Shown: positions 38,379 to 47,601 of the stretch, in pieces
Numbering within the stretch: the first letter of the stretch is position 1
Layout: each line of letters starts with the position of its first letter
From: Leptospirales bacterium
GTDB taxonomy: Bacteria > Spirochaetota > Leptospiria > Turneriellales > JAOUFE01
Direction of reading: 5' to 3'
Length of the DNA stretch: 64,000 nucleotides
Assembly (NCBI GenBank): GCA_040326155.1
Contig: JBEQLE010000003.1
Coordinates: forward strand, 1 to 64,000
Translations under genes and position numbers: made by a program
Notes under the pieces: generated by a model
Told to the model about the DNA's origin: nothing
The model's database searches: none
What the model saw: only the letters and a program-made list of their open reading frames with translations

Positions 38379-40319
38379 ATGCCAGCACCAAATGAAATAA
38401 TAAAAGTGGAAAATACCGTATATTTAATCGGTAATCCTAATGTTGGTAAATCGGTTATTTTTTCCGCGCTTACGAAAAAGTATGCCACGGTATCGAATTA
38501 CCCCGGAACAACGGTTGAAGTTACGAAGGGGTTAATACCCGGTAACTTACTAAAAAAACAAAAAATAGAACTCGTTGATACTCCTGGTGTAAATAACCTC
38601 GTTCCGTTAAGTGAGGACGAACGTGTTACCAGAGATATATTATATAATCATGAAAAAGCCACTGGTAAAAAACCCAGAGTCGTTCTTGTTATAGATGCCA
38701 AAAACCTCAGGCGAGGTCTGATACTGGCTTACCAACTGGCCTATTCCGACATTCCCTATTTTGTCGTACTGAACATGATGGACGAGGCAAACTCACTTGG
38801 CATAAACATCGACCGTAAATTGCTTCAGAAAAAACTTGGAGTTCCTGTTATACCTGCTATTGCCATTCAAAAAGAGGGCATTCACGAAATAAATCAATTA
38901 ATACACGAAACGTTTCAAACATCCTCCGCTACGCTCTCTTTTCCAGCGGAGCACCAGAATGCTATTGAATCGATGATTGCTACAGTACACCCGTTGTTAT
39001 CGTTGTCGGTGTTCTATTCAGATACAACGGTTCGCGACATGCTCAAAGTCGCACAAGTAGAAGAGGCGGAGAAAATTTTAGCCAAATCTACTTTGAACCA
39101 TAAAAGATTTCAAATTATATGGGTGGAACACGCGAACAATTTAATGTCCGAAGTTTACCAGCGGGAGATCGCTTCCCAAAGCGGGTTTTTAAACTTTCTC
39201 GGCCATTTGTCAATAAGGCCGTTGACGGGTTCTTTTTTACTGCTGGGTGTTTTATATCTGATTTATCAATTTGTCGGTTTTCTGGGAGCTCAGGTAGGCG
39301 TAGATTTTCTCGAGAAAACTCTTTTTGCTGATTATATAAATCCATTTTTTATTTCTGTGTTTACATATATATCTCCGCCCGATCTGATTTTCGACCTTTT
39401 TGTTGGTAAGTATGGACTCTTAACAATGGGGGTCACCTACGCCGTTGCTATTATTTTACCGATTGTCATTACATTTTTTATTGCTTTTAGTTTTCTGGAA
39501 GATTCTGGCTATTTACCGCGAATGGGGGCTCTGTTAAACACAATGTTTAAGTACATGGGTTTAAACGGTAAAGCTGTTTTGCCTATGGTGCTCGGCCTGG
39601 GTTGTGATACTATGGCAACCATGACAGCGCGTGTTCTCGACAATCGAAAAGAGCGAGTTCTTGTGACATTATTATTGGCGCTTGGCGTCCCTTGTTCCGC
39701 CCAGTTAGGGGTAATGTTTGCCTTCGGGGTTCACCTGAGTTTCGGTTATGTATTGGCCTGGGCGCTTATTGTTTTTTCGATATTGGTCATTGTGGGTTTC
39801 ACCGCTTCAAAGCTTATGCCGGGCCGTACGTCCATGTTTTTGATGGAACTTCCCCCGCTTCGGCTTCCCCAGGCTATAAACATTTTTCGTAAAACTTACA
39901 TGCGGTCAAAATGGTATATTAAAGAAGCAGTACCAATTTTTATTCTCGGTACTTTTTTACTGTTTCTGCTCGATACATTACAAATTCTTCCGCTATTAAA
40001 CGAATGGTTAAAGCCAATTACCGTTCATGCCCTGGGTTTGCCGGCGGAATCGGCGAAAGGGTTTATTCTGGGGTTTTTACGACGTGATTTTGGCGCCGCA
40101 GGTTTTCTGGTCATGATGGAAGATGGCTTGTTGAATTCTCGCCAGGCTCTTGTTTCACTTGTCGTTATTACACTTTTTGTTCCTTGTGTGGCTAACCTGC
40201 TCATGATGATTAAAGAAAGAGGGTTTAAAACAGCAATGGCAATTGTATTTTTTATTATTCCCTTTTCCTTTTTAATCGGTACTATATTAAACTATACACT
40301 TCGTTTATTTTCATTGTAG
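38379..40319 (+). CDS. feoB: Ferrous iron transporter B
   Basis: GNPNVGKS, NYPGTTVE, DTPG, NMMD, LEDSGYLPR, GLGC, MELP, PCVA. Confidence 0.95.
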   Translation: MPAPNEIIKVENTVYLIGNPNVGKSVIFSALTKKYATVSNYPGTTVEVTKGLIPGNLLKKQKIELVDTPGVNNLVPLSEDERVTRDILYNHEKATGKKPRVVLVIDAKNLRRGLILAYQLAYSDIPYFVVLNMMDEANSLGINIDRKLLQKKLGVPVIPAIAIQKEGIHEINQLIHETFQTSSATLSFPAEHQNAIESMIATVHPLLSLSVFYSDTTVRDMLKVAQVEEAEKILAKSTLNHKRFQIIWVEHANNLMSEVYQREIASQSGFLNFLGHLSIRPLTGSFLLLGVLYLIYQFVGFLGAQVGVDFLEKTLFADYINPFFISVFTYISPPDLIFDLFVGKYGLLTMGVTYAVAIILPIVITFFIAFSFLEDSGYLPRMGALLNTMFKYMGLNGKAVLPMVLGLGCDTMATMTARVLDNRKERVLVTLLLALGVPCSAQLGVMFAFGVHLSFGYVLAWALIVFSILVIVGFTASKLMPGRTSMFLMELPPLRLPQAINIFRKTYMRSKWYIKEAVPIFILGTFLLFLLDTLQILPLLNEWLKPITVHALGLPAESAKGFILGFLRRDFGAAGFLVMMEDGLLNSRQALVSLVVITLFVPCVANLLMMIKERGFKTAMAIVFFIIPFSFLIGTILNYTLRLFSL

Positions 40320-40346
40320 ACGAATTTTTACTCAAATTTTTCTTAT

Positions 40347-41369
40347 ATGAGTCGATACGAGAGCATGGCAAAAGGCGCATCCACAAATTCAGAAATAAAA
40401 AACGATGTAAAAAAAATGACGCACGCGTTTAAGGCTATTTCAAAGTTTTCAGGACTTTATGGATGGGTCTATTTTTTAATTGTTCTTATAGGCACATTAA
40501 CCATGGGTGGAATTTTCGGTTACACTCTTTACACAGAAGTACGATTGCTCGATCGTGATTTTCGACAATCAGGTAGAGCGATTGCCTTGTCTCTGGGTGA
40601 GAATTCAAAAATAAGCATAGAAACTAAAAAATACGCTCCTTTAATATTAATTTTTGATCATTTACTCGAAGAGCAAAAACAAAACGATAGTATACCCTTA
40701 ATTGAAGAGGTGTTTTTATTAAGCCGTAAGGGAGTAGTGCTGGCTCATCCGGACCCGACTTTGGTTACGGTTCATGCAAAAAGCATCGTCAGTAAAATAT
40801 CGGGCCATTATAATAACGAATTTTTTCATAACTCTGTTATGCTCTCACCGGGTGATGTGTATGTGCAACCTTACCCAAGCGAAAAATATGACAGGGGGGG
40901 TAAAATACTGCATCTATTGAAGGCTGTTTTGCCCGAATTTTATTTTCGCGCTGTAGATTTTTCAACACCGATTCATATTAAAAGAAAGGCAGAGGGAAGT
41001 CTGCATGTTGTTATGTCACGGCGAAATATAGATAAATTTCTATTCGAAAAATTAGAAGCTTTTGGCATAGCCTGGCTCGGTTTAATCTCGGGAGCTGCCC
41101 TGTTTTTAGTGTTCATACGAATTCCAATACAAAAAAAATGGAAACAAATTCAAGGCCTTCTTATAATTCTTAAGGCAGAAACAGACCAAGTCAGGTTTCA
41201 AGAAGAAATGCTATATATTGATAAAAGAATCGAAGAATTAAAAGTGGCTGCCATTGCTCCGAATGAGTCAAAGTCGGAAGGAACCGAACCGAGTAAAAGG
41301 TCGGGCGATATTCTGGAGCCTATTGATTTTGATAATGTCCAGGATGCTATTTTAATTGAGGAAAACTAA
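40347..41369 (+). CDS. Two-TM membrane protein with a Cache-like extracytoplasmic domain
   Basis: TM-periplasmic-TM layout; EVFLLSRKGVVLAHPDP resembles Cache-domain strands. Confidence 0.5.
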   Translation: MSRYESMAKGASTNSEIKNDVKKMTHAFKAISKFSGLYGWVYFLIVLIGTLTMGGIFGYTLYTEVRLLDRDFRQSGRAIALSLGENSKISIETKKYAPLILIFDHLLEEQKQNDSIPLIEEVFLLSRKGVVLAHPDPTLVTVHAKSIVSKISGHYNNEFFHNSVMLSPGDVYVQPYPSEKYDRGGKILHLLKAVLPEFYFRAVDFSTPIHIKRKAEGSLHVVMSRRNIDKFLFEKLEAFGIAWLGLISGAALFLVFIRIPIQKKWKQIQGLLIILKAETDQVRFQEEMLYIDKRIEELKVAAIAPNESKSEGTEPSKRSGDILEPIDFDNVQDAILIEEN

Positions 41370-42202
41370 TGCTTGAATTAAAAACTTCCGTACAAAGTAA
41401 TATTTTCGACATCGAACTCTCCGGCGCACTAGATAGCCAGAGTGCATACGATTTTAAATCGTGGATGATTCAAAAAAATCTCGAAGGGTATCGTGTAATT
41501 TCGTTAAATTGCCACGGCTTAGAGTATATATCCTCTCGGGGTATTGGTTCTCTGGTCGATATTCACCGGGTGTTTCATTCCAAGCAATCGGTGCTGGTTT
41601 TATACCATGTGAGTAATGAAGTTTTGCAACTTCTGGAGTTTTTGAAACTAACAAGCGAGATTGTTATTCTTGCCGACTTTAAATCTGTTTCCGATTCTTA
41701 TGCCGATATTGCCCGTGAAGCCACACCAGAAGAACCACCTCCGGCACCTGCACAGACAAAAGTACCTGAAGAACCCAAAGACAGTGTTTCGCAAGAAAAA
41801 TCGACACCGGAGGAACAAACCTCCGCTCCTGTTGACGAGAATGTGGAAGAAGTTATAGAGCTTGATATTGAAGAGACGCCACTTGCAGTTCCAGCGTCAT
41901 CGCCAGAACCAGTCAGTACAGAAATCGTAAAAGAGACGGTGGTTGAAAACACCACATCAGCGCCAGCGGCTATTCAAGACGCCCCTGTGCCACACGCAGA
42001 ACCTGCGCCACAGGCTGTCGAAGAACAAGATGAGTATATTAATTTAACAGAAACCGCTTCAGAGAGTGTACAATCTCACCCTACTGAATTTACGCCGATG
42101 TATGTGTATTGTCCCAATTGTCGCCAAAGTTTGCGAATTAAGAAAGCCGGACAATATTTATGCCCGGAATGCAGAACCAAATTTCGATACCCTTTTGACT
42201 AA
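41369..42202 (+). CDS. STAS-domain protein with an acidic Pro-rich linker and a C-terminal zinc ribbon
   Basis: LSGALD, LEYISSRGIG; CPNC...CPEC; TAATG coupling to the upstream gene. Confidence 0.8.
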   Translation: MLELKTSVQSNIFDIELSGALDSQSAYDFKSWMIQKNLEGYRVISLNCHGLEYISSRGIGSLVDIHRVFHSKQSVLVLYHVSNEVLQLLEFLKLTSEIVILADFKSVSDSYADIAREATPEEPPPAPAQTKVPEEPKDSVSQEKSTPEEQTSAPVDENVEEVIELDIEETPLAVPASSPEPVSTEIVKETVVENTTSAPAAIQDAPVPHAEPAPQAVEEQDEYINLTETASESVQSHPTEFTPMYVYCPNCRQSLRIKKAGQYLCPECRTKFRYPFD

Positions 42203-42209
42203 TTATGTT

Positions 42210-42491
42210 TTACTTTTTTTTTTCAGGGATAACTTCAATTTTTTGCTTTAAAGACCATTTTCGATATGGCGCTAACGCTTCAATTCGTGCATGAGAAATA
42301 AAGTAGACATTTTCTCCATATTGAACCAACGCCCCTTCATACGTAGCATGCTTACCTTTAAATTCTATCCACCCGATCTCTTTTACCGCTGTCCAATTAT
42401 CACAGGTTTTTAAACTGGGAACTTTATATAAGTATAATTCGCGTATCTTGAACTCATCAAGACCGCCTCTTCTAAGGGTTTGTATGTCCAT
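42210..42491 (-). CDS. Hypothetical protein
   Basis: 93-aa ORF filling the intergenic space, with protein-like composition. Confidence 0.6.
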   Translation of the reverse strand: MDIQTLRRGGLDEFKIRELYLYKVPSLKTCDNWTAVKEIGWIEFKGKHATYEGALVQYGENVYFISHARIEALAPYRKWSLKQKIEVIPEKKK

Positions 42492-42554
42492 ATTCCTATT
42501 CTATACTTTATTTCTTATAGTCAAGTCTTTTGTGTATCCATTCGGGATTAGTTC

Positions 42555-42643
42555 GCCATCTAGTTAATCAGCAATTCTCACCCGCTTTTTTGTCGGGATG
42601 GACAATGACGGCCTGTATAATCTGGTAATGCCATATGGGCATT
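42555..42643 (+). repeat. Direct repeat copy 1 (89 bp)
   Basis: Ungapped match to 43936-44024 with about 14 mismatches by manual count. Confidence 0.9.
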
Positions 42644-42806
42644 ATCAAAAAATGCTTGAGTATATAAAAATCTAGAATTCTTAGTGAGAATTACTGGACA
42701 CATTATGAGAATTTTTTGATAATTCGTTGACCTGAGATGAGTGAAGCATGTAATGCAATTAAAAACTTCCGAATGAGTGGTGTAATATTTGGGAAGAGGA
42801 GCAGTT

Positions 42807-43904
42807 ATGAGGAACAGAGTTACTAAAAGATTTTTATCAACGGCATTCATATTATCCATGTTCGGCCTATCTGCATGCGGTGGTGGGGGCGGCGATGTTA
42901 TTGATATTGTGGATGTTGCCATGACATGGCAAACAGAAGTTTCCGTAGACACAGGCGGGGTAGTGGGTGATTACACATCCATAGCTGTGGCTTCTTCCGG
43001 TAAACTTCATGTCAGCTACCGCGATCTTACAAATGGAAACCTTAAATATGCCACTAACAGTTCCGGCGATTGGGTTACTACAATTGCAGACACAGGCGGG
43101 GTAGTGGGAATGTACACATCTATAGCTATTGATTCTTCCGGTAAAATTCATATCAGCTATCTCGATTCTACGAACTCAAACCTTATGTATGCCACTAACG
43201 CCTCTGGTGCATGGGTAGCTGAAACGGTGGACGGAACAGGGAGTATGGGTACATACACATCTATAGCTATTGACTCTACTGACAAGGTTCATATCAGCCA
43301 TATTGATACTGCCGGAACACTCCGTTATGCTTCAGGCACTGCTGGCGCATGGACTCTTGAAGATGTAGATGCAACAACATCTGTTGATAAATGGACTTCT
43401 ATAGCTATTGACTCTACTGACAAGGTCCATATCAGTTACTACGATACTACCAATACAGCCCTCAAGTATGCCACAGGCAATGCAGGCGCATTTACTCTTG
43501 CTACCGTAGAAGCAGGGACTGTTGGTGAATACACTGCTATAGCGGTTGATTCTGCTGACAAGATCCATATCAGTTACCACGATGGTGCCAATACATCCCT
43601 AAAGTATGCTACCAACGAATCTGGTGGATGGGTAGCTGAAACGGTGGAGAACTCTGCTAATGTTGGTTGGCACACATCTATAGCTATGGATTCTACTGAC
43701 ACTGCCCATATCAGCTATGTCGATGCTTCAAACGGAAACCTTCTGTATGCTACAGGCAATGCCGGTGCATGGACTTTTGGCACCATCTTGGCCACAACAT
43801 CATCTGGTAACTGGAATTCTATAGCTATTGGCAGTTATAATAGCGTTCATATCAGCTACCAAGGTTTTGCCTCTAAAGACCTTATGGTAATTAGCTACGA
43901 ATAA
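42807..43904 (+). CDS. Lipoprotein with seven ~47-aa repeats (probable 7-bladed beta-propeller)
   Basis: GAGGAG SD; lipobox LSAC followed by GGGGG; repeat W..ETVD..G.VG.YTSIAIDS..K.HISY.D..N..LKYA seven times. Confidence 0.85.
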   Translation: MRNRVTKRFLSTAFILSMFGLSACGGGGGDVIDIVDVAMTWQTEVSVDTGGVVGDYTSIAVASSGKLHVSYRDLTNGNLKYATNSSGDWVTTIADTGGVVGMYTSIAIDSSGKIHISYLDSTNSNLMYATNASGAWVAETVDGTGSMGTYTSIAIDSTDKVHISHIDTAGTLRYASGTAGAWTLEDVDATTSVDKWTSIAIDSTDKVHISYYDTTNTALKYATGNAGAFTLATVEAGTVGEYTAIAVDSADKIHISYHDGANTSLKYATNESGGWVAETVENSANVGWHTSIAMDSTDTAHISYVDASNGNLLYATGNAGAWTFGTILATTSSGNWNSIAIGSYNSVHISYQGFASKDLMVISYE

Positions 43905-43935
43905 ATTTAAGGCAATATGGTGTACCTACGCACTT

Positions 43936-44024
43936 GCAACCTTGTTGGTCAGAAATTCTCACCCGTTTTTTTGTCGGGATGGACAATGACGGTCTGTAGA
44001 ATCTTGAGTTGCCATATGGGAATT
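43936..44024 (+). repeat. Direct repeat copy 2 (89 bp)
   Basis: Core AATTCTCACCCG.TTTTTTGTCGGGATGGACAATGACGG.CTGTA shared with copy 1. Confidence 0.9.
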
Positions 44025-44095
44025 TGAATAGTGGTTGACATACGGTTAAAAACTTCATTGATACTAATGAAGTAATTTTTTTTGAGGAGGAGCTA

Positions 44096-44854
44096 ATGAA
44101 ACGCTCACTAAGTTTATTAATTATATTTTCACTTGTCTCACTGGTTGCGTGTGGTGAAAAAAAACCGATTACCCCGGTTGACACCGTAATAGGCAATAAA
44201 TATGCAAAATACAGAGTTTCCATTCGGAAAGCGGCCGATTTAAAAGACTGGCTGGCAACATTGGAAAAAGCCGAAGAAGTAGAACTATTGGAAGAGTTTG
44301 AACAGCTCAATGCCAAAAAGGATACGATTACAATTGCAAAAGTTCGTTTGGCCGATGACCAGATTGGTTATGTTGAATCTCGATACCTTGCAAATGATCC
44401 CATAGTTTTTGTAGAAGACACCCGGGTTTTTAATCGACCCGCCTCTGCAAGTAAGGTGATAGTTACATTACCCAAAGGAACAATCGGTTTTGTTTTAGAA
44501 GAAAAAGACGGTTGGACTAAAATTTATGTCGGTAAATACGATGGAAAGTGGATAACGAAACACTGGGTTGAGTCAGTCTCTTACTCTATCGATGCTCCAC
44601 TTGTTCTCGATGCCCGAGAGTATGAAACAGCTCTGGCGCTTTTAGCAGAGAAAAAATACGATGAAGCTCATGAAAAACTGACTGATTTAGCTAACAACGC
44701 TTCTTTTTTCAATGAATTGGCTGTAGAACAATTGGCCGAAATTGAAAGGTTACAAGAAGAAGAAACAGCTGTAAAAGAAGCCGAAGCAGCGAACAAAACC
44801 GAAACAGAGTCCGACAACGCCCCTGGCACTGAAACAAACCCTGCCACTGAATAA
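44096..44854 (+). CDS. Lipoprotein with SH3-like domains and a helical C-terminus
   Basis: GAGGAG SD; lipobox LVAC; KVRLADDQIGYV and LEEKDGWTKI are SH3b-like segments. Confidence 0.65.
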   Translation: MKRSLSLLIIFSLVSLVACGEKKPITPVDTVIGNKYAKYRVSIRKAADLKDWLATLEKAEEVELLEEFEQLNAKKDTITIAKVRLADDQIGYVESRYLANDPIVFVEDTRVFNRPASASKVIVTLPKGTIGFVLEEKDGWTKIYVGKYDGKWITKHWVESVSYSIDAPLVLDAREYETALALLAEKKYDEAHEKLTDLANNASFFNELAVEQLAEIERLQEEETAVKEAEAANKTETESDNAPGTETNPATE

Positions 44855-44866
44855 TTTCTCGCAAAC

Positions 44867-44899
44867 ACATCCTGGGAAGTTTCAATCTTTCCAGGATGT
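44867..44899. terminator. Stem-loop between convergent genes
   Basis: ACATCCTGGGAAG-loop-CTTTCCAGGATGT. Confidence 0.6.
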
Positions 44900-44917
44900 T
44901 CTGTTCAACCATACACT

Positions 44918-45010
44918 TCATATCCGGGCCGGAAGGCCAATATCATCTGCGATTGCATTGCCAATAGCCCCGCCGACGCCGGTAATAAGAACTCGCTTTA
45001 GATTAGAACC
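44918..45010 (-). pseudogene. Relic N-terminus of an NAD(P)-binding (SDR/epimerase) gene
   Basis: Translates as NLKRVLITGVGGAIGNAIADDIGLPARI-stop; Rossmann TGxxGxIG motif; no in-frame ATG/GTG/TTG. Confidence 0.55.
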
Positions 45011-45018
45011 TATTCGGT

Positions 45019-45498
45019 TTAATGTTCGTGTTCTTCATCTTCGTCATGTCCTTTTTCTGGCGTGATTCCAGCAGCTTCCAAAGAGTCTTTGATCGTTTGC
45101 AGATCCCCTTCTTGCATTTTTGCATCAGGATGCAACCACAGGTAATTACCAATCGGCATTTCACCTTCTTCAATTTCTTCCAGAATTTCACCCCAGATTT
45201 TTGGCTTTTTCGAATCTTTTACAGAGTCCCATTTTGAAAAGTTCAAATGCTCGCGAGCTTTGTTTACATGCATGCCGATTAAAAACGAGAAAACGGGCAC
45301 GCGGGAATACCAGGGGTAAACCGTTTCGTGGCTATGGCAATCGTAGCAAGAACGCTTCAAAATCTTGTCCGTCGCTTCGTCTAAAATCACACCGGTATAT
45401 TTTTGCTCGGGATTCGTTCGTGAAATAACCATCTCCCCGATTGTATAGGTTACGATAAGGAACCCAAGAACAGTTTTCAATATTAAGTTTTTTTTCAT
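45019..45498 (-). CDS. Monoheme cytochrome c (Haem_bd-type domain)
   Basis: ILKRSCYDCHS, YPWYS, HLNFS.W, EMPI..Y...HP; ATG 45498 with an AAGG SD. Confidence 0.85.
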   Translation of the reverse strand: MKKNLILKTVLGFLIVTYTIGEMVISRTNPEQKYTGVILDEATDKILKRSCYDCHSHETVYPWYSRVPVFSFLIGMHVNKAREHLNFSKWDSVKDSKKPKIWGEILEEIEEGEMPIGNYLWLHPDAKMQEGDLQTIKDSLEAAGITPEKGHDEDEEHEH

Positions 45499-45538
45499 TT
45501 TATTTCCTTTATTTTCAAAGTAATTTATATACTTTTCT

Positions 45539-46144
45539 TCATTTGTCCAAAATTTCCTGAGAATAGTCGAGTGTTTCCAAAGTTTTCTTGGCGATTTCAG
45601 CCATTTTAACATAGCCCGCCTCAGAAGGGTGAACCGAGTCTGGCAACAATCCGGCCTTCAGTATGTTATTCTCATAGAAAGCGCGGTCAAAAGGGATAAT
45701 CGGTTGTCCCGTATTTCGAAGCCATTCTCGATAAATTTCAAGTTCAGCGTCAATTCGGGGTTCGACTATTGGTACAGGTATTCCCCAGATCAATTTTTTC
45801 CCCGCCCCTGAAATCAGTCTCTCAATTTCTTGTGACGTGTCGATCATCTCCTGGATTGTAATGTCAGAGTAAACGTCATTCGTTCCGCCCATAACAATAA
45901 TCGTTCGCGCTCTGGTTGTCGCCGCAATCTCACCCAGCCTGTATTGCATTCCTTCGAGAACATCACCGTTTAGCCCATGATTGATTATGGAAATCCCCAA
46001 TGCGGCCTCTACCATTTGCGTCCATGACTTACCATAGGGATAACCCCAGGTTATAGAATCGCCCACTGCCGCAATTACCTTCGAATTTTGCTGTGATATC
46101 TCTGTCACCGTTTCAAAAATAACGGCAATACACTTTGTAAACAC
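45539..46144 (-). CDS. SGNH/GDSL hydrolase
   Basis: AVGDSITWG, NHGLNG, GGTND, DSVHPSEAGY; start uncertain (possibly GTG 46108). Confidence 0.9.
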   Translation of the reverse strand: MFTKCIAVIFETVTEISQQNSKVIAAVGDSITWGYPYGKSWTQMVEAALGISIINHGLNGDVLEGMQYRLGEIAATTRARTIIVMGGTNDVYSDITIQEMIDTSQEIERLISGAGKKLIWGIPVPIVEPRIDAELEIYREWLRNTGQPIIPFDRAFYENNILKAGLLPDSVHPSEAGYVKMAEIAKKTLETLDYSQEILDK

Positions 46145-46150
46145 GAAAAG

Positions 46151-46387
46151 ATGGGTTATGCGTATTTATTTTTTGCATGCAACAACATGATTATTGATAC
46201 TAATACGAAACAATTGACCTCAACAAGAGCAGATCTGGCGATAGCCAGCGAGATGCCTGCAGATTATACGGATACAAGTGGCAAGCACCCTAACGGAACG
46301 GGATATTGTGAACTTGTTGGTTTTGAAAATACTGTGACCTACCGTAATCGGGTACTGGCCTTTTTGAAGAGTGGTACTCTGCCTTAA
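46151..46387 (+). pseudogene. Short ORF, possibly a hydrolase C-terminal relic
   Basis: DTSGKHPNGTGY resembles SGNH block V; YRNRVLAFL resembles hydrolase C-terminal helices. Confidence 0.3.
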
Positions 46388-47367
46388 GAAGTATTTGCAA
46401 ACAAGTCAAACGGATCTTTTTCGGGAAGAATTCCGAATTTATCGAGAAAGGCGATGTAACGGTCAAAGTAGTTTTCTATTTTATCTATTCGGGATTTTTC
46501 TACGGGGCCCAGTTGTCTACCGGCCGATTTAGTTGTGACCGGTAGAGGAAAATCGGTTCCGAAAAACATTCGCGATTTAAACTCGGTAAGGTTTTGCAGA
46601 TGCTGAATAACATTAAAACGAGTGCGCAGGCTCAGGGCCGATAAATCGATATAAAAATTCGGATATCTTGCAAAATAATCTGCCATAGTTTCAATCTGCG
46701 TTTCGAAAATGGCTAAGCCCGAAGCGCAGGCATGGGCTCCAATAAAATTTACTCCCTGTTCCAGCGCAGTTTCATACAAAGAAAGTGCTCCCAGTTTTTG
46801 GTTTGAACCAGGCAAAGCAAACTCATAACCTGTATGACCTAGAAGAGGCAAATTCAGTTTTTCGAGTTTCTTATAAAAAGGTATGTATTTTGCATCGACG
46901 GGATTAAAGTGTTGGGTGTTGGGTAAAACTTTCACCAATACCGCGCCCTGGTCATATACTCTATCGAGCTCATCAAGTGCATCGCGACGGGCAGGGTTAA
47001 TAGAGGCGGCGTAATATAAATTTGGGTAAGGTTTTAGAGACTCGCAGACGTAATCATTATTAATCAAGAAAATAGTCCTGTCCCTGTCGAGCCACCCTTT
47101 CTCATCATAAACTCCGTCTAAACCAAAAACGACTCCACGTGAAACGCTTTTAGATTGCTCCAGAGTTTTAGACAAGTATTCAACATACGCAGTATCTATG
47201 GTATCTCGTTTATCCAGTATACCATGGTATTCGGCCAGCGTCTTCAGCATCATTTTAATTTTTATATTAGATTTGACCCTGTTATAGGAACGGTGGTGCA
47301 AGGCCGACGTGCCAAAAGCGACTGAGTGTATATGGACATCCGTGAGTTGTTTTTTCTTTCGCGACAT
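46384..47367 (-). CDS. Amidohydrolase family protein (Amidohydro_2-like)
   Basis: DVHIH, ASINP, HTG.E, GAHA, DLSA, FGTDFP. Confidence 0.88.
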   Translation of the reverse strand: MSRKKKQLTDVHIHSVAFGTSALHHRSYNRVKSNIKIKMMLKTLAEYHGILDKRDTIDTAYVEYLSKTLEQSKSVSRGVVFGLDGVYDEKGWLDRDRTIFLINNDYVCESLKPYPNLYYAASINPARRDALDELDRVYDQGAVLVKVLPNTQHFNPVDAKYIPFYKKLEKLNLPLLGHTGYEFALPGSNQKLGALSLYETALEQGVNFIGAHACASGLAIFETQIETMADYFARYPNFYIDLSALSLRTRFNVIQHLQNLTEFKSRMFFGTDFPLPVTTKSAGRQLGPVEKSRIDKIENYFDRYIAFLDKFGILPEKDPFDLFANTS

Positions 47368-47500
47368 ATATATAGTAATCCTTTTCTAAAGGGTTTTCTA
47401 TATGTAAATGAACATTCCTCTTGTCGATTGAAAAACGAGATAATCCGCCGTAATATCACACTTGACATGGTGTCAAAATGCCTATCGGTGGACGTAGATC

Positions 47501-47574
47501 GCGCGTGTAGCTCAGGTGGTTAGAGCACTTGCTTGACATGCAAGGGGTCACTGGTTCGAGTCCAGTCATGCGCA
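47501..47574 (+). tRNA. tRNA-Val (GAC), CCA not encoded
   Basis: Cloverleaf: acceptor GCGCGTG/CATGCGC, D arm GCTC..GAGC, anticodon arm CTTGC-TTGACAT-GCAAG, T loop GGTTCGAGTCC. Confidence 0.97.
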
Positions 47575-47601
47575 AAATTCCACACAAAAAAGAAGTAAAT
47601 T

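Noticed and set aside
42670..42725. Fur-like box (TGAGAATT words)
   Set aside because: Only half-sites in AT-rich DNA; no convincing 19-bp palindrome here or upstream of feoB
42930..43880. Periodic DNA repeats resembling a CRISPR array
   Set aside because: The ~141-bp period is in-frame protein repeats; there is no constant repeat/unique spacer pattern and no cas genes
42555..44024. Integron attC interpretation of the 89-bp repeats
   Set aside because: No clear RYYYAAC...GTTRRRY ends or long imperfect palindrome in both copies, and no integrase in the window
45499..45612. Long N-terminal extension of the monoheme cytochrome
   Set aside because: It overlaps the SGNH gene; ATG 45498 has an SD and is followed directly by the membrane anchor
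47380..47600. T-box leader upstream of thrS
   Set aside because: The structured element is a tRNA-Val; no T-box consensus is visible
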